The notes below the pieces were generated by a model. It saw only the letters and a program-made list of their open reading frames with translations, did not search any database and was not told the DNA's origin. From NCBI GenBank assembly GCA_965219845.1, contig CBDCOP010000007.1, positions 236,442 to 300,441 of the forward strand: 64,000 nt of DNA, read 5' to 3'. The position numbers and the translations under genes were made by a program. Positions 28,989-38,169 of this stretch are shown piece by piece; position 1 is the stretch's first letter; each line of letters opens with the position of its first letter. Origin of the DNA: Dehalococcoidia bacterium (lineage in GTDB: Bacteria > Chloroflexota > Dehalococcoidia > Lucifugimonadales > Australimonadaceae).

Positions 28989-29747
28989 ATGCACGTAGAC
29001 GACTTCGTCGAGGAGCTCTGGACGTACGCGAACAGCTTCCCCATGCGGGGGCACCCGTGGTTCCGCGGCATCGCGGAACACCGGTGGACGCGCGAGCAGA
29101 TCATCACGGGCGAGGTGCAGCACTATCTGCGCGTCCGCGAGAACCCGGTCTATTTTGGCTACATCGCGGCGCACGCCGCTGAGGAGCGCCTCCCCGGCCT
29201 CACCGAGGCCGTGCTGGAGAACTACATGGAGGAGCTCTCCGGAGAGCGCAGCCACGTGGACATCATGTTCCAGTTCCTGGAGGAGGGCGGCGTTTCACGA
29301 GAGGACGCGGACAATGCGCAGCCGACGCCGGGAACGCTCGCCGCCATCGAGATGATCCTCGGCCACTGCCAGCGCCGCTCGGCGCTGGAGGGCGTCGCGA
29401 TGCTGGCATTAGTGGAGAGTCAGCATGGCGGGCCGGAAGGCGCGGCGGCGTCCGCCTACCCGGCGCTCGTCGGCCACTACGGCTTCTCTGAGCGAGCGGC
29501 GGAGACCTACCGCATCCATGCCGAGCAGGACGTGGGGCACGGTCAGAGCCAGATCGACGTGATTAAGCGCTACGCGACCACCGACGAGATGCAGGCGAAG
29601 GTGCGGCGCGCGGTCCGGCTCGGGCTGACGGCGTGGAACCTGGAGTACGACGGCCACGTGCAAGCGATGACCGGCCTCCGCGACCACTGGGACGGCGGCC
29701 ACCCGCTCGTCCACTCCAACCCGCCACTGCGGGTCCCTCTGTCATAG
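28989..29747 (+). CDS. Heme-oxygenase-like diiron protein (CADD/PqqC/TenA superfamily)
   Basis: EE......H, VESQ, H...D..H ligand pattern; AGGAGG SD. Confidence 0.8.
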   Translation: MHVDDFVEELWTYANSFPMRGHPWFRGIAEHRWTREQIITGEVQHYLRVRENPVYFGYIAAHAAEERLPGLTEAVLENYMEELSGERSHVDIMFQFLEEGGVSREDADNAQPTPGTLAAIEMILGHCQRRSALEGVAMLALVESQHGGPEGAAASAYPALVGHYGFSERAAETYRIHAEQDVGHGQSQIDVIKRYATTDEMQAKVRRAVRLGLTAWNLEYDGHVQAMTGLRDHWDGGHPLVHSNPPLRVPLS

Positions 29748-29841
29748 GGGCACGCGCACGTACGCTGCAATGTCGTCCCGCGACGCCTCGGTTTCCGCTG
29801 CGGTCTGACAGACCCAGGGAGAGGCATTCTCGAGTTGTTTC

Positions 29842-30114
29842 GTGAAGGAACAGCTTGACACCGTAAGCATCTTCGGACAGGTCGTCGCGACCTTGTTCGT
29901 GGCGTTCTTTTGTGGAGCGCGTCGCAAGCGCGCATCTCGGCGCGGTATGGGCGCAGCGTTCACGGTAGGATTGGTGCTGGCCGTCCTCGCTGGATTCGTG
30001 CTTTGGACGCGGTGGAAGCGCAAGGGGTACACGCGGCGCATGCACCTGATGCCGCCGCCGTGGTGGGCTATCCTCGCTGCACTCCCTCCTCGAGCATCGC
30101 TGCAGTCAGATTGA
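29842..30114 (+). CDS. Possible small membrane protein
   Basis: Two hydrophobic stretches with basic flanks; atypical codon usage. Confidence 0.35.
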   Translation: MKEQLDTVSIFGQVVATLFVAFFCGARRKRASRRGMGAAFTVGLVLAVLAGFVLWTRWKRKGYTRRMHLMPPPWWAILAALPPRASLQSD

Positions 30115-30156
30115 AAAGAGAGCCCGGGTGAGAAGTGCCTGGCAGAGCACCGGGTC

Positions 30157-30372
30157 CTAGAACGGGAACTCAACGGGCAGCGCTGACCTAAGCTCGGCGT
30201 ACTCAGCGTCGCCGGCATATTCGTTTGCGATGCTTTCGAGGCGCTCAACGAGCTCCTCGACCGGCATCCGGAACACGCTCGAGACCATACCCGTGGTCTC
30301 CTCGAAGTCTCCCCTTCAGTTCCGGTATCAGCCGCGCATCCGCTCCATGAGGTAACGGTCTTCCTCGCGCAT
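30157..30372 (-). CDS. Putative 71-aa selenoprotein with U-x3-U motif (two in-frame UGA)
   Basis: MREEDRYLMERMRG-U-YRN-U-RGDFEETTGMVSSVFRMPVEELVERLESIANEYAGDAEYAELRSALPVEFPF*; TACAAT -10 box 6 nt upstream; SECIS-like hairpin; tRNA-Sec in window. Confidence 0.8.
30281..30300 (-). promoter_or_regulatory. Candidate bacterial SECIS hairpin
   Basis: GAGACCA-CGGGUA-UGGUCUC; loop starts 22 nt after the second UGA and 34 nt after the first. Confidence 0.6.
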
Positions 30373-30415
30373 GGCGCTATTGTAGCCGCATCCGCAAGCT
30401 GTGGAAGGGTCCTGG

Positions 30416-30808
30416 CTAGCGGGAGAAGCCCACTGGATGGAACGTGATCAGTTCCGTGGCCGCGAGCGGGCTGCCATCGGCTTCCGACGTCACCGCGAGC
30501 CGCGTCAGCACACGCCACTCCTGGCCTCGCCATAACACCCGGAGGATCACGAACGCATTCTCGACGAGTTCGCCGGGCGGCTCGTCGAACCAGACGGTGA
30601 ACGCGAGTTGGGTGCTCGCGCCGGATGCCAGCAACGGCTGCTCGCTCAGCGACACTGCATCCGCCCGGAACCGCCCGTGCGGCAGCCATGCTTCGAGCAG
30701 CTCGGCCGGCTCGTCCCCCGCATTCCGAACCTCGAACACGACGCGCCACGCGCCCGCCTCACCGGAGGATCGGCCTACTTGCAGAGCGCTGAGAGACGGG
30801 TTCGTCAT
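30416..30808 (-). CDS. Hypothetical protein (beta-rich, Ig-like pattern)
   Basis: WRVVFEVRN..., LPHGRFR; leaderless start; directly upstream of the candidate selenoprotein. Confidence 0.7.
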   Translation of the reverse strand: MTNPSLSALQVGRSSGEAGAWRVVFEVRNAGDEPAELLEAWLPHGRFRADAVSLSEQPLLASGASTQLAFTVWFDEPPGELVENAFVILRVLWRGQEWRVLTRLAVTSEADGSPLAATELITFHPVGFSR

Positions 30809-30885
30809 GGCGTGAGGATATATCCGCTGGCGCGCCGCGCGGCGGTTCGGGATAATGGGCTATCGCTGGATTGCGGAGGAGTGTG

Positions 30886-31746
30886 TTGCGCATAGGAGCT
30901 CACGTTTCCGGAGCGGGTTCACTGGACAAGGCCATCGACAGGGCGCTGGACATCGGCGCGGAGTGCATCCAACTCTTCCCTTCCGCTCCGCAGGGGTGGG
31001 GGTTCAAGGTCCCCGACGAGCTGATCGTCGCCGAGTTCAAGCGCAAGGCGTTCGAACACGGCGTGGGCCCCAACGTCTTCCACGGCATCTACCTCGTCAG
31101 CCTGGGCGCCGACGACCCCGGGCTCGTGCAGCGCGGCAAGGCGTCGCTCACCAAGTACATGAACGTCGCGGGCGACATGGGCGTGCAGGGCGTCATCTTC
31201 CACCTGAACAGCCACAAGGGACGCGGGTTCGATGGGGTGTTCGGGCAGGTCATCGAGGGGATACGCGAAGTGCTGGCCGGCTCCCCGCCGGACGTGCAGC
31301 TCATCCTGGAGAACAGCGCGGGCATGGGCAACCACATCGGCTCCAAGTTCGCGGAGATCGGCGTGTTCATCCGCGAGCTGGACGACCCGCGCGTGCAGGT
31401 CTGCCTCGACACCCAGCACTCCTTTGCGGCGGGCTACGACCTCCGAACCCCGGACGGCGTCGACGCCGTCATGGACGAGTTCGACCGCGACATCGGCGTC
31501 GAGCACCTCATCGCCGTGCATTGCAACGACTCGAAACCCCCGCTGGGCGGCGCGCTCGACCGGCACGAGAATATCGGCGAGGGGCAGATGGGCATCGGCG
31601 CATTCGAGTCGATACTCGGCCATCCCGCGTTCGCCAACGTGCCGTTCTACCTGGAAGTGCCCGGCTATGAGGGCAAGGGGCCGGACGAGCCGAACGTGAC
31701 CACCATGAAGTCGGTGCGGGAGCGGGCCGCGCCGGACGCAGGCTGA
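30886..31746 (+). CDS. nfo: Endonuclease IV
   Basis: IGAHVS, LENSAG, CLDTQH, HCNDSK, DRHENIG. Confidence 0.95.
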   Translation: MRIGAHVSGAGSLDKAIDRALDIGAECIQLFPSAPQGWGFKVPDELIVAEFKRKAFEHGVGPNVFHGIYLVSLGADDPGLVQRGKASLTKYMNVAGDMGVQGVIFHLNSHKGRGFDGVFGQVIEGIREVLAGSPPDVQLILENSAGMGNHIGSKFAEIGVFIRELDDPRVQVCLDTQHSFAAGYDLRTPDGVDAVMDEFDRDIGVEHLIAVHCNDSKPPLGGALDRHENIGEGQMGIGAFESILGHPAFANVPFYLEVPGYEGKGPDEPNVTTMKSVRERAAPDAG

Positions 31747-31752
31747 TCCGCG

Positions 31753-32157
31753 ATGCGCAAGCGGCAGTTCGAGGAACTGGTCAGACGCGCGGTCGAGGAG
31801 GTCGCGGATGACTGGACGGACGAGAAGAAGGAGGGGTGGCCCGTCTTCGTGGAGAACCTCCTGAGCAACAACGTGGACATCCAGGTGCGCCGCCAGCCTA
31901 CGAAGCGGCAACGCAAGTCGGTGGGACTCGGGCCGGACGAGACGTTGCTTGGCCTCTACGAGGGCGTGCCGCTCACGGACCGCGACGGGTACAACATGGT
32001 CCTGCCGGACGTCATCACCATCTTCCAGCTGCCCATCGAGGAGATGTGCTCAACGGAAGAAGAGGTGATGGAGGAAGTGCGCAAGACGCTGGTGCACGAG
32101 GTCGCGCACCACTTCAGCATCACGGACATGGAACTCGAAGCCTGGGGCGTTGCGTAG
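31753..32157 (+). CDS. Zincin-like metallopeptidase family protein
   Basis: LLGLYEGVPL, PD.ITIF, HEVAHHF. Confidence 0.9.
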   Translation: MRKRQFEELVRRAVEEVADDWTDEKKEGWPVFVENLLSNNVDIQVRRQPTKRQRKSVGLGPDETLLGLYEGVPLTDRDGYNMVLPDVITIFQLPIEEMCSTEEEVMEEVRKTLVHEVAHHFSITDMELEAWGVA

Positions 32158-32163
32158 GGTCGC

Positions 32164-33216
32164 TTACCCCTGCCGCGCTGCTGCGAGGCGAGCCTCAGCG
32201 AGTCGGTCCGCCGCTTCCGCCGTCGTGATGCCTTCCGCGTCGGCGATCGTAAGCACCCGCTGCATCGTCTGGTAGATGGTAGTGGTGTGGGCACGCGCCC
32301 CTTCGCGGTCGTAGGGCTGCCCAATCTCGAAGTAAACGTTCGTCACGCCGCCCGCGTTCGCGATGAAGTCCGGCGCGTAGACGATGCCGCGGTTCACGAG
32401 CCGCCGCGCGTCCTGCGGGGTGGCGAGTTGGTTGTTTGCCGCGCCGCAGACCACCTGGCACCGCAGCCGGGGCAGCGTCGCAGCGTTCAGCACGCCGCCC
32501 AGCGCGCACGGTGCGAACACGTCGCAGTCGGCGTCGTAGATGGCATCAGGCGACACGAGAGACGTGCGCGGCAGGCCCGCAGCGCGTTGCAGGGCGTCGT
32601 CGTGGATGTCGGTCACGATGAGCTCGGCGCCCACCTCCACAAGGTGCGACGCGAGCGACGATGCGGCGTTGCCGAATCCCTGGACGGCGACGCGCCGCCC
32701 TTCCAGCGATTCATTGCCCCACGCCGCCTCGGCGCAGGCACGCATCGCCTGGAACACGCCGAACCCGGTCATCCCCGCGGGATTGCCACTGCCGCCCATT
32801 TCCTCCGGCAGGCCCACGACGTGCTGTGTCTCCTCGGCTATCCACGCCATGTTCTGCGCATTCGCGCCTACGTCCTCCGTCGTGACGTACCGTCCGCCAA
32901 GCGACTCGACGAAGCGTCCGTAGGAGCGGAACATCGCCTCCGTCTTGTCGGTGCGTGGGTCGGCGACGATGAGGCCCTTACCCCCGCCGAGGAGGAGGCC
33001 CGCCGCCGCGGACTTGTACGTCATCGCGCGGGAGAGACGGAGCACGTCCATGATTGCGTCCTCGTCCGTGGGATGTGGCCAGATGCGCGTGCCGCCGAGC
33101 GCGGGGCCCAGCGTCCGGTCATGGATGGCGATAAACGCCTTCACGCCGTTGGCGGGGTCCGTCCAGACGGCCAACTCTTCGTGCCCGCTCGTCTGCATGT
33201 ACTCGATGAATTCCAC
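32164..33216 (-). CDS. Glu/Leu/Phe/Val dehydrogenase (leucine dehydrogenase-like)
   Basis: LGPALGGTR, MTYK, GGGK, VQGFGN, ANAGG. Confidence 0.93.
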   Translation of the reverse strand: MEFIEYMQTSGHEELAVWTDPANGVKAFIAIHDRTLGPALGGTRIWPHPTDEDAIMDVLRLSRAMTYKSAAAGLLLGGGKGLIVADPRTDKTEAMFRSYGRFVESLGGRYVTTEDVGANAQNMAWIAEETQHVVGLPEEMGGSGNPAGMTGFGVFQAMRACAEAAWGNESLEGRRVAVQGFGNAASSLASHLVEVGAELIVTDIHDDALQRAAGLPRTSLVSPDAIYDADCDVFAPCALGGVLNAATLPRLRCQVVCGAANNQLATPQDARRLVNRGIVYAPDFIANAGGVTNVYFEIGQPYDREGARAHTTTIYQTMQRVLTIADAEGITTAEAADRLAEARLAAARQG

Positions 33217-33284
33217 GGGTTGTACCCCTTCCGGTGCTATGTTAATCGTAGCAGGTTCGGCGGATACGTGCACGCACGAAGACT

Positions 33285-34280
33285 TCATTCCTCGTGTGGC
33301 TTCGCGTGCAGGAACCCCTGCCAGCCCTGCATGAGGCCGATGCCCTCTCGGGGCAGCACTACGAGCGCGAATAAGGTCGTCGGCCCCAGTAGCACGAGGT
33401 GCAGGATGAGGCCGAACCCGATCGCCAGCTCGCGCGGAACGTCCCATATCGCGAGTATCGCCACGACTGCGAGTTCGAACGTGCCCACGGCGCCCGGCAG
33501 TCCCGGCAGCGACGTGGCGAAGAAGATCGAGCCGAGCGCGACGATGGTCGCCTGGAAGATCGAGATCTCCACACCCATCCCCTGGGCAAGCACCCAAGCG
33601 CACGGCCCGAGCATGAGCGAGTAGATGATGGTGAGCGCTCCGGTGACGGCCACCTCCTTCTTGCGCCGCATCGCCTCGTTCACCGTCTGCTCGTAGGTGA
33701 GCAGGCCCGGTATCTTCCCCAGGAAGGCGAAGCGCCTCGCGATCCGCCCCAGGTTCAGGAGCAGAACGAAGAACACTATCAATATGCCGCTCAGGTAGAC
33801 CGCGGGGCCTGCCAGCCGAGCGATCTGGGGCTCGAATGCGATGGACCCCGCCGCGAACACCATCGTGAACATGATGTCCTGCACGCGCGTCATCACAACG
33901 GTCGCAACCACCGTCGGCGCGGGGTGCCTGTCGCGCAGCGTCAGCATCGTCAGCACGGCGGGCTCGTCCATCAAGCGCACCGGCGCGAAGTTGTTCAGCC
34001 CCAGCGCCGCCATCTCCACCAAGAAGAGCCGCCAGGTATTGACACGCTCCGACACCCACATCAGCCGCCACCGGTAGGCGCGCAGGAGGCTGGAGAAGAG
34101 CATGATCGCGACAGCGCCAGTTACCGCCAGGAGCGACGTTTCCGCTAACTGTTCGCGCACCTCCGCCCAGTCGATGCCGCGTATCGTCAGATAGAGGAAG
34201 AACCCGCCGAGGGTGAACCCGAACGGAACGAGGAAGCGCGGGTGCTTGATGATGGAGAGGAGCGTTGAGAGGAAAGGCAT
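33285..34280 (-). CDS. Lysylphosphatidylglycerol synthase TM / flippase-like membrane protein
   Basis: LRAYRW, NN..P.R, PG..GTFE. Confidence 0.85.
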   Translation of the reverse strand: MPFLSTLLSIIKHPRFLVPFGFTLGGFFLYLTIRGIDWAEVREQLAETSLLAVTGAVAIMLFSSLLRAYRWRLMWVSERVNTWRLFLVEMAALGLNNFAPVRLMDEPAVLTMLTLRDRHPAPTVVATVVMTRVQDIMFTMVFAAGSIAFEPQIARLAGPAVYLSGILIVFFVLLLNLGRIARRFAFLGKIPGLLTYEQTVNEAMRRKKEVAVTGALTIIYSLMLGPCAWVLAQGMGVEISIFQATIVALGSIFFATSLPGLPGAVGTFELAVVAILAIWDVPRELAIGFGLILHLVLLGPTTLFALVVLPREGIGLMQGWQGFLHAKPHEE

Positions 34281-34290
34281 AGGCGCGGTC

Positions 34291-35928
34291 TCAGCCGAAC
34301 AGGTCGCTCCTCGATGGAGTGGAGGCCGAACCCGGCGCAGCGCTGTGTCCCGGAACAGTCATATCCGCGTAGAAGGCCTCGTCGTAGGCCCGCGTCCGCA
34401 CGACCACCGGCATCGGCAGCGCGTGTCCGAACATGAGCGACTGCTGCTGCGACTCCAGCCGCGACAGTACGGTGCGCAGCTCTCGCGCTCCCGGCGCGCC
34501 GGTCAGCACCGCGTCGACGTCGCGGTCGTTGTCAAGCTGGCAGACGATGCGCGTGCCCACCTGGCTCAGCACTTCGCCGTCGATGCCGGACGGGCGCTGG
34601 TCCACCACGAGCAGTGTCACCCTGTACTTCCGCATCTCCCGCGCGATCGTCCCGAAGATCGTCTGCCCCGCGACACCGGGGTCGAGGAAACGGTGCGCCT
34701 CCTCGATGGTGATGAGGAGCGGCGTGGGCTGGGGTCTGCCCTCGGCCAGCGCCTTCTCCGTGCGCTCACGGTACTCTGCGTGGATGCGCCGTGTGATGAG
34801 GTTGGCCACCAGCAGGTAGGCCGTGATGTTGTCGCCGTAGCTGCCGAACTCCAGCACGACGTGGCGGTTGTCTTGCAAGTGCTCCAGCACCTGGCGCACG
34901 GCGCTGCCGCCGGTCGAATGCTCTGACATGAATCCGAACCGATGCAAGACGGAGAGCCTGCGCCGGAGCGCCCCGAGCGTCCCCGCGTTCTCCCCCATCG
35001 AATCGGCCAGCGATGCCAGGTCCTCCTGGGAGTGGTTCAGGAAGTCCAGCAGCCAGTCCCGGCCGAAGCGGCGCTCCAGCGAATAGCACGACTGCACGCC
35101 CAGGTCCGTGACGTGCAACGTGGAGGCCAGTACCGCGATGTCGTCCGGCTCGATCTCGTCGAACCCGATGCGCACGTCGTAGTCCGTTTGCGCACCCCGG
35201 CGGCGCGACGACGCGGGGTCGAGCGTGAACACAGAGACACGGCTCCCGAACAGCTGCTTCAGCCCCTTCGCCGCATAACCGGACTCGGACGTGGACTGCC
35301 AGCCGTACTCGCTGTGCATGTCGAACACGAGGTTGATGGCCGCGTTGCGCTGCAGGATGCCCGCGAGCAGGATGCGCGTGAGGAAGCTCTTGCCGGAGCC
35401 GCTCTTCCCGAAGACCCCGTTGGAGCGCTTCACGAACTCCTCCAGGTTCAGGCAGACGCGCGTGTCTTCCATGTCCAGCGGGCTGCCTATCCAGATGTGG
35501 CGCGCGTCCTCGCTGCCGAAGATGGCGGCCACGTCGTCGTTGGACGCGCGGTAGGCGTTCGCGAAGTGCGGCGGCATCGAGCGCGCGGGCTGCGGCCCCT
35601 CGTCGCTCGCGCTCATCGTGAGCATCGGCGTTACGGACGCCGTCGAGTACGCTGTCGTGCCAGAGAGCGCCTCCGCCAGCGCCGCGCCTCCCCCGGCGGC
35701 AGCCGACGCCATGCGCGGATCGCTGCTTTCCAGCAGCAAGTCGGTCACGATGCCGAAGAAGCGGCTGAACTGCCCGTGCACCGTAACGAATGTCCCGACC
35801 TTCACGTCCTCCACAGCGCGTGCCGACTCCAGGCGCACGTCGAGCCCCCGCGAGAGCGAGCCACCCGCGACCGCCCCGATGCGTACGGGTGCGTCCGGCT
35901 CGGTGCCGTTGGAGGTCACGGTACTCAC
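34291..35928 (-). CDS. herA: HerA-family ATPase (HAS barrel + FtsK/HerA domain)
   Basis: GKSGSGKS, FDMHSEY, IEEAH, REMRKY, QRPS. Confidence 0.88.
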   Translation of the reverse strand: MSTVTSNGTEPDAPVRIGAVAGGSLSRGLDVRLESARAVEDVKVGTFVTVHGQFSRFFGIVTDLLLESSDPRMASAAAGGGAALAEALSGTTAYSTASVTPMLTMSASDEGPQPARSMPPHFANAYRASNDDVAAIFGSEDARHIWIGSPLDMEDTRVCLNLEEFVKRSNGVFGKSGSGKSFLTRILLAGILQRNAAINLVFDMHSEYGWQSTSESGYAAKGLKQLFGSRVSVFTLDPASSRRRGAQTDYDVRIGFDEIEPDDIAVLASTLHVTDLGVQSCYSLERRFGRDWLLDFLNHSQEDLASLADSMGENAGTLGALRRRLSVLHRFGFMSEHSTGGSAVRQVLEHLQDNRHVVLEFGSYGDNITAYLLVANLITRRIHAEYRERTEKALAEGRPQPTPLLITIEEAHRFLDPGVAGQTIFGTIAREMRKYRVTLLVVDQRPSGIDGEVLSQVGTRIVCQLDNDRDVDAVLTGAPGARELRTVLSRLESQQQSLMFGHALPMPVVVRTRAYDEAFYADMTVPGHSAAPGSASTPSRSDLFG

Positions 35929-36572
35929 TCGATGGGGAGCCGCCGCATGATTGCGGCGAGCCGGGCGGCGTCAGTAGGGAGTTGCACCGCTATCGCGCGG
36001 CATGCCTGCACGAGGAACGCGCGGGGGTCGTCGAACTCCGGCGCAGCCTCACGCAACGCCGCCGCGATCACGTCGTCTGCGGTCGGCAGCGCGCTCGCGA
36101 GCACGAGCGCCGTCCAATCGCTCCGCTCCATGAAGCCGCGGACCTCTGCGCCCGAGCAGGCGTAGAGGAACGTGTGGATGCGCGGCGGCAGCGGCGGCAG
36201 GTGCTGAAAGTAGCGTGCTCCCTCCTCGTGCCCGACGACGGTCAACGTGACGTCCGTGCGGAGCAGCCGCTCCAGTTGCGGGTTCTCGGCGTACACGTCC
36301 GACTCCGACGCCAGCTCCGCGCCGCGTGCGATGACGCGCCTGCCGGGGTCGAGCGCCGCCGTGCTCACGCCGTCCACGACGGCGAACAGCGATGCGCCCA
36401 CGCGCACGAGCGTTCCCAGCGGCGGCGCGCCGTATAACGTGTGGCATTGCCCGACGACCCGGTCCACCGACGCCTCGACGACCTCGCCGAACTTCGGGAG
36501 GCCGGGGGCTGCCGTCGGGAACGCTGGTCCGGTCGCGGGAGAAGGACTGCTTGCTGGCCGTGCAGCGGACAT
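35925..36572 (-). CDS. HAS-barrel domain protein
   Basis: GEVVEAS, PPLGTLVRV, LP..PPRIH; overlaps the herA start. Confidence 0.75.
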   Translation of the reverse strand: MSAARPASSPSPATGPAFPTAAPGLPKFGEVVEASVDRVVGQCHTLYGAPPLGTLVRVGASLFAVVDGVSTAALDPGRRVIARGAELASESDVYAENPQLERLLRTDVTLTVVGHEEGARYFQHLPPLPPRIHTFLYACSGAEVRGFMERSDWTALVLASALPTADDVIAAALREAAPEFDDPRAFLVQACRAIAVQLPTDAARLAAIMRRLPIE

Positions 36573-36610
36573 GCGGCTATTGTAGCGTAGCAACGCTGGA
36601 GGAGACGCCC

Positions 36611-37693
36611 ATGACGACGAACAACTCCAACGAGGCCCCGCACTTCACGCGCGAGTGGCTTATCGACGCGCTGCGCTACGTGCGGCGCGACTTCGAGGCT
36701 GCCGCCGCCGGCGAGGCTGGCCTCTCTGGCGATGGCGACGCCCGCGCCCGTTCGCGCATGGAAGCGGCGCGCCGCATGGGACTGGACGCCCTCGCCGACG
36801 AGGCGATGGTCGCGATAGACCGCGCCGTCGACGAGGCCGCGCGCCTCGAATGGCCGGGCGGGCTGGAGGTGCGCTACACCGCGCTTCTCGGCGCACTCAG
36901 GACGCTCGCGCAGGCGAGCAGCGCGCTCAACGATCACACGCCGGAGCGCCCGCACCTCACCTACCTGGCCGAGACGATGGCGCGGGCCGAACTCGCCGCA
37001 GCCAGCCTCGTCCGCAGGCGTCGTGCGGAGCGACTGCACGGGCTGTACGTCATCGTCGACCCATCGCTCACTCGCGACCGCGATCCCGTCTGGGTCGCGG
37101 AGCAGGGCATCGCCGGAGGCGCGACGGCCATCCAACTGCGCGTCAAGGAGACCGACAAGGGCCGCTGGCTGCCGCTCGCTGAAACCCTGCGCGGCATCTG
37201 CGCGCAGGCGGGCGCAGCCCTCATCATCAACGACCATCCGGACGTGGCCGTGGCCGTGGAGGCGGACGGCGTCCACCTCGGCCAGAACGACATGCCTGTC
37301 GCGGCTGCCCGCGCCTCGCTGCGCCCCTGGCAGATAGCAGGCACGTCCAACGCGCTCACGACCGAGGCCGATGTGTCGCTGCAGGCGGGAGCGGACTACG
37401 TCGCGGTGGGGCGCATGTTCCCCACCGGCTCGAAGGCCGACACGCGCCCGGCGGGACCGGAGACGCTGCGCGCCGTGCGCGACGTCATGCCGCCCGATGG
37501 CCCGCCGCTGCTGGCGATAGGCGGCATCACGCCGGAAAACGTCGGAGAGGTCGCCCGCGCGGGCGCTGACGGCATCTGCGTCATCGCTGCCGTCACCCAG
37601 GCCGACGACCCCCGCGCCGCCGCCGCCCGCCTGCTGGAAGCGTTCCGGGCTGCAGCCCGAGCAAACAAGGAGCTCAACGGGCCTGGATTTTGA
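36611..37693 (+). CDS. thiE: Thiamine-phosphate synthase with N-terminal helical extension
   Basis: IQLR.K, IINDHPD, GVHLGQND, T.SK, AIGGI. Confidence 0.92.
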   Translation: MTTNNSNEAPHFTREWLIDALRYVRRDFEAAAAGEAGLSGDGDARARSRMEAARRMGLDALADEAMVAIDRAVDEAARLEWPGGLEVRYTALLGALRTLAQASSALNDHTPERPHLTYLAETMARAELAAASLVRRRRAERLHGLYVIVDPSLTRDRDPVWVAEQGIAGGATAIQLRVKETDKGRWLPLAETLRGICAQAGAALIINDHPDVAVAVEADGVHLGQNDMPVAAARASLRPWQIAGTSNALTTEADVSLQAGADYVAVGRMFPTGSKADTRPAGPETLRAVRDVMPPDGPPLLAIGGITPENVGEVARAGADGICVIAAVTQADDPRAAAARLLEAFRAAARANKELNGPGF

Positions 37694-37917
37694 CCTTCTT
37701 GTTCCCTGTTTTACGAGTAAACCGGCCATGCCGTTTGAGTTCCTTGATCTCCTTGTTCGGAGCGTTTTCCATGGCCACGGCCTGCTTCCGGGGATTCCGA
37801 GGCAACAAGGCAACAAGATTTCATCGAGAACGAAGTTTTCGCGCCGGAGCCACAGGACCTGTTCTATAGCTGGGCCGTGAGGTGTAGACGTGGTCTATGG
37901 GTGGTGTGTGCGCGACG

Positions 37918-37972
37918 GTCATGGACCCAGCGTAGCGGACACGGGGGCGACCGCGTAAGCGGCGCATGTCAC
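37918..37972 (+). repeat. Conserved ~55-nt dispersed motif, copy A (copies at 45436-45490 + and 49039-49093 -)
   Basis: GTCA....CAGCGTA(C)GCGGAC....GGCGA....GTAAG.GGCG..TGTCAC shared by three loci. Confidence 0.7.
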
Positions 37973-38020
37973 AGTCCGAGAATCAACAGGGATGGACGGA
38001 ATGCACAGGATGGGGATGAG

Positions 38021-38149
38021 GGAGTGGGGCGCAGCACGCCCCACTCCAACCCTGCCACGCCATGCCGCGCCCAGCCTAACCGCACCCTACCGTGCCGGGC
38101 CTAGCCATGCCCTGCCGCGAATCTGAACCATGCCTTGCCTCGCCATGCC
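38021..38149 (-). ncRNA. Phased GGY-NN pentamer array with 3' hairpin (putative guide-like ncRNA)
   Basis: 5 units (38149-38125), 8-nt linker, 14 units (38116-38047), then GGAGTGGGGCG-TGCTG-CGCCCCACTCC. Confidence 0.75.
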
Positions 38150-38169
38150 CTGAAACAACCCAGTTGGGT

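Noticed and set aside
29842-30200. UGA read-through of the 90-aa plus-strand ORF
   Set aside because: The continuation is antisense to the selenoprotein ORF, with no redox motif or clear SECIS.
38047-38149. GGY-NN tract as a simple microsatellite or coding repeat
   Set aside because: The dinucleotides vary freely while GGY is fixed, and period 5 is incompatible with codon structure. Kept as a candidate guide instead.
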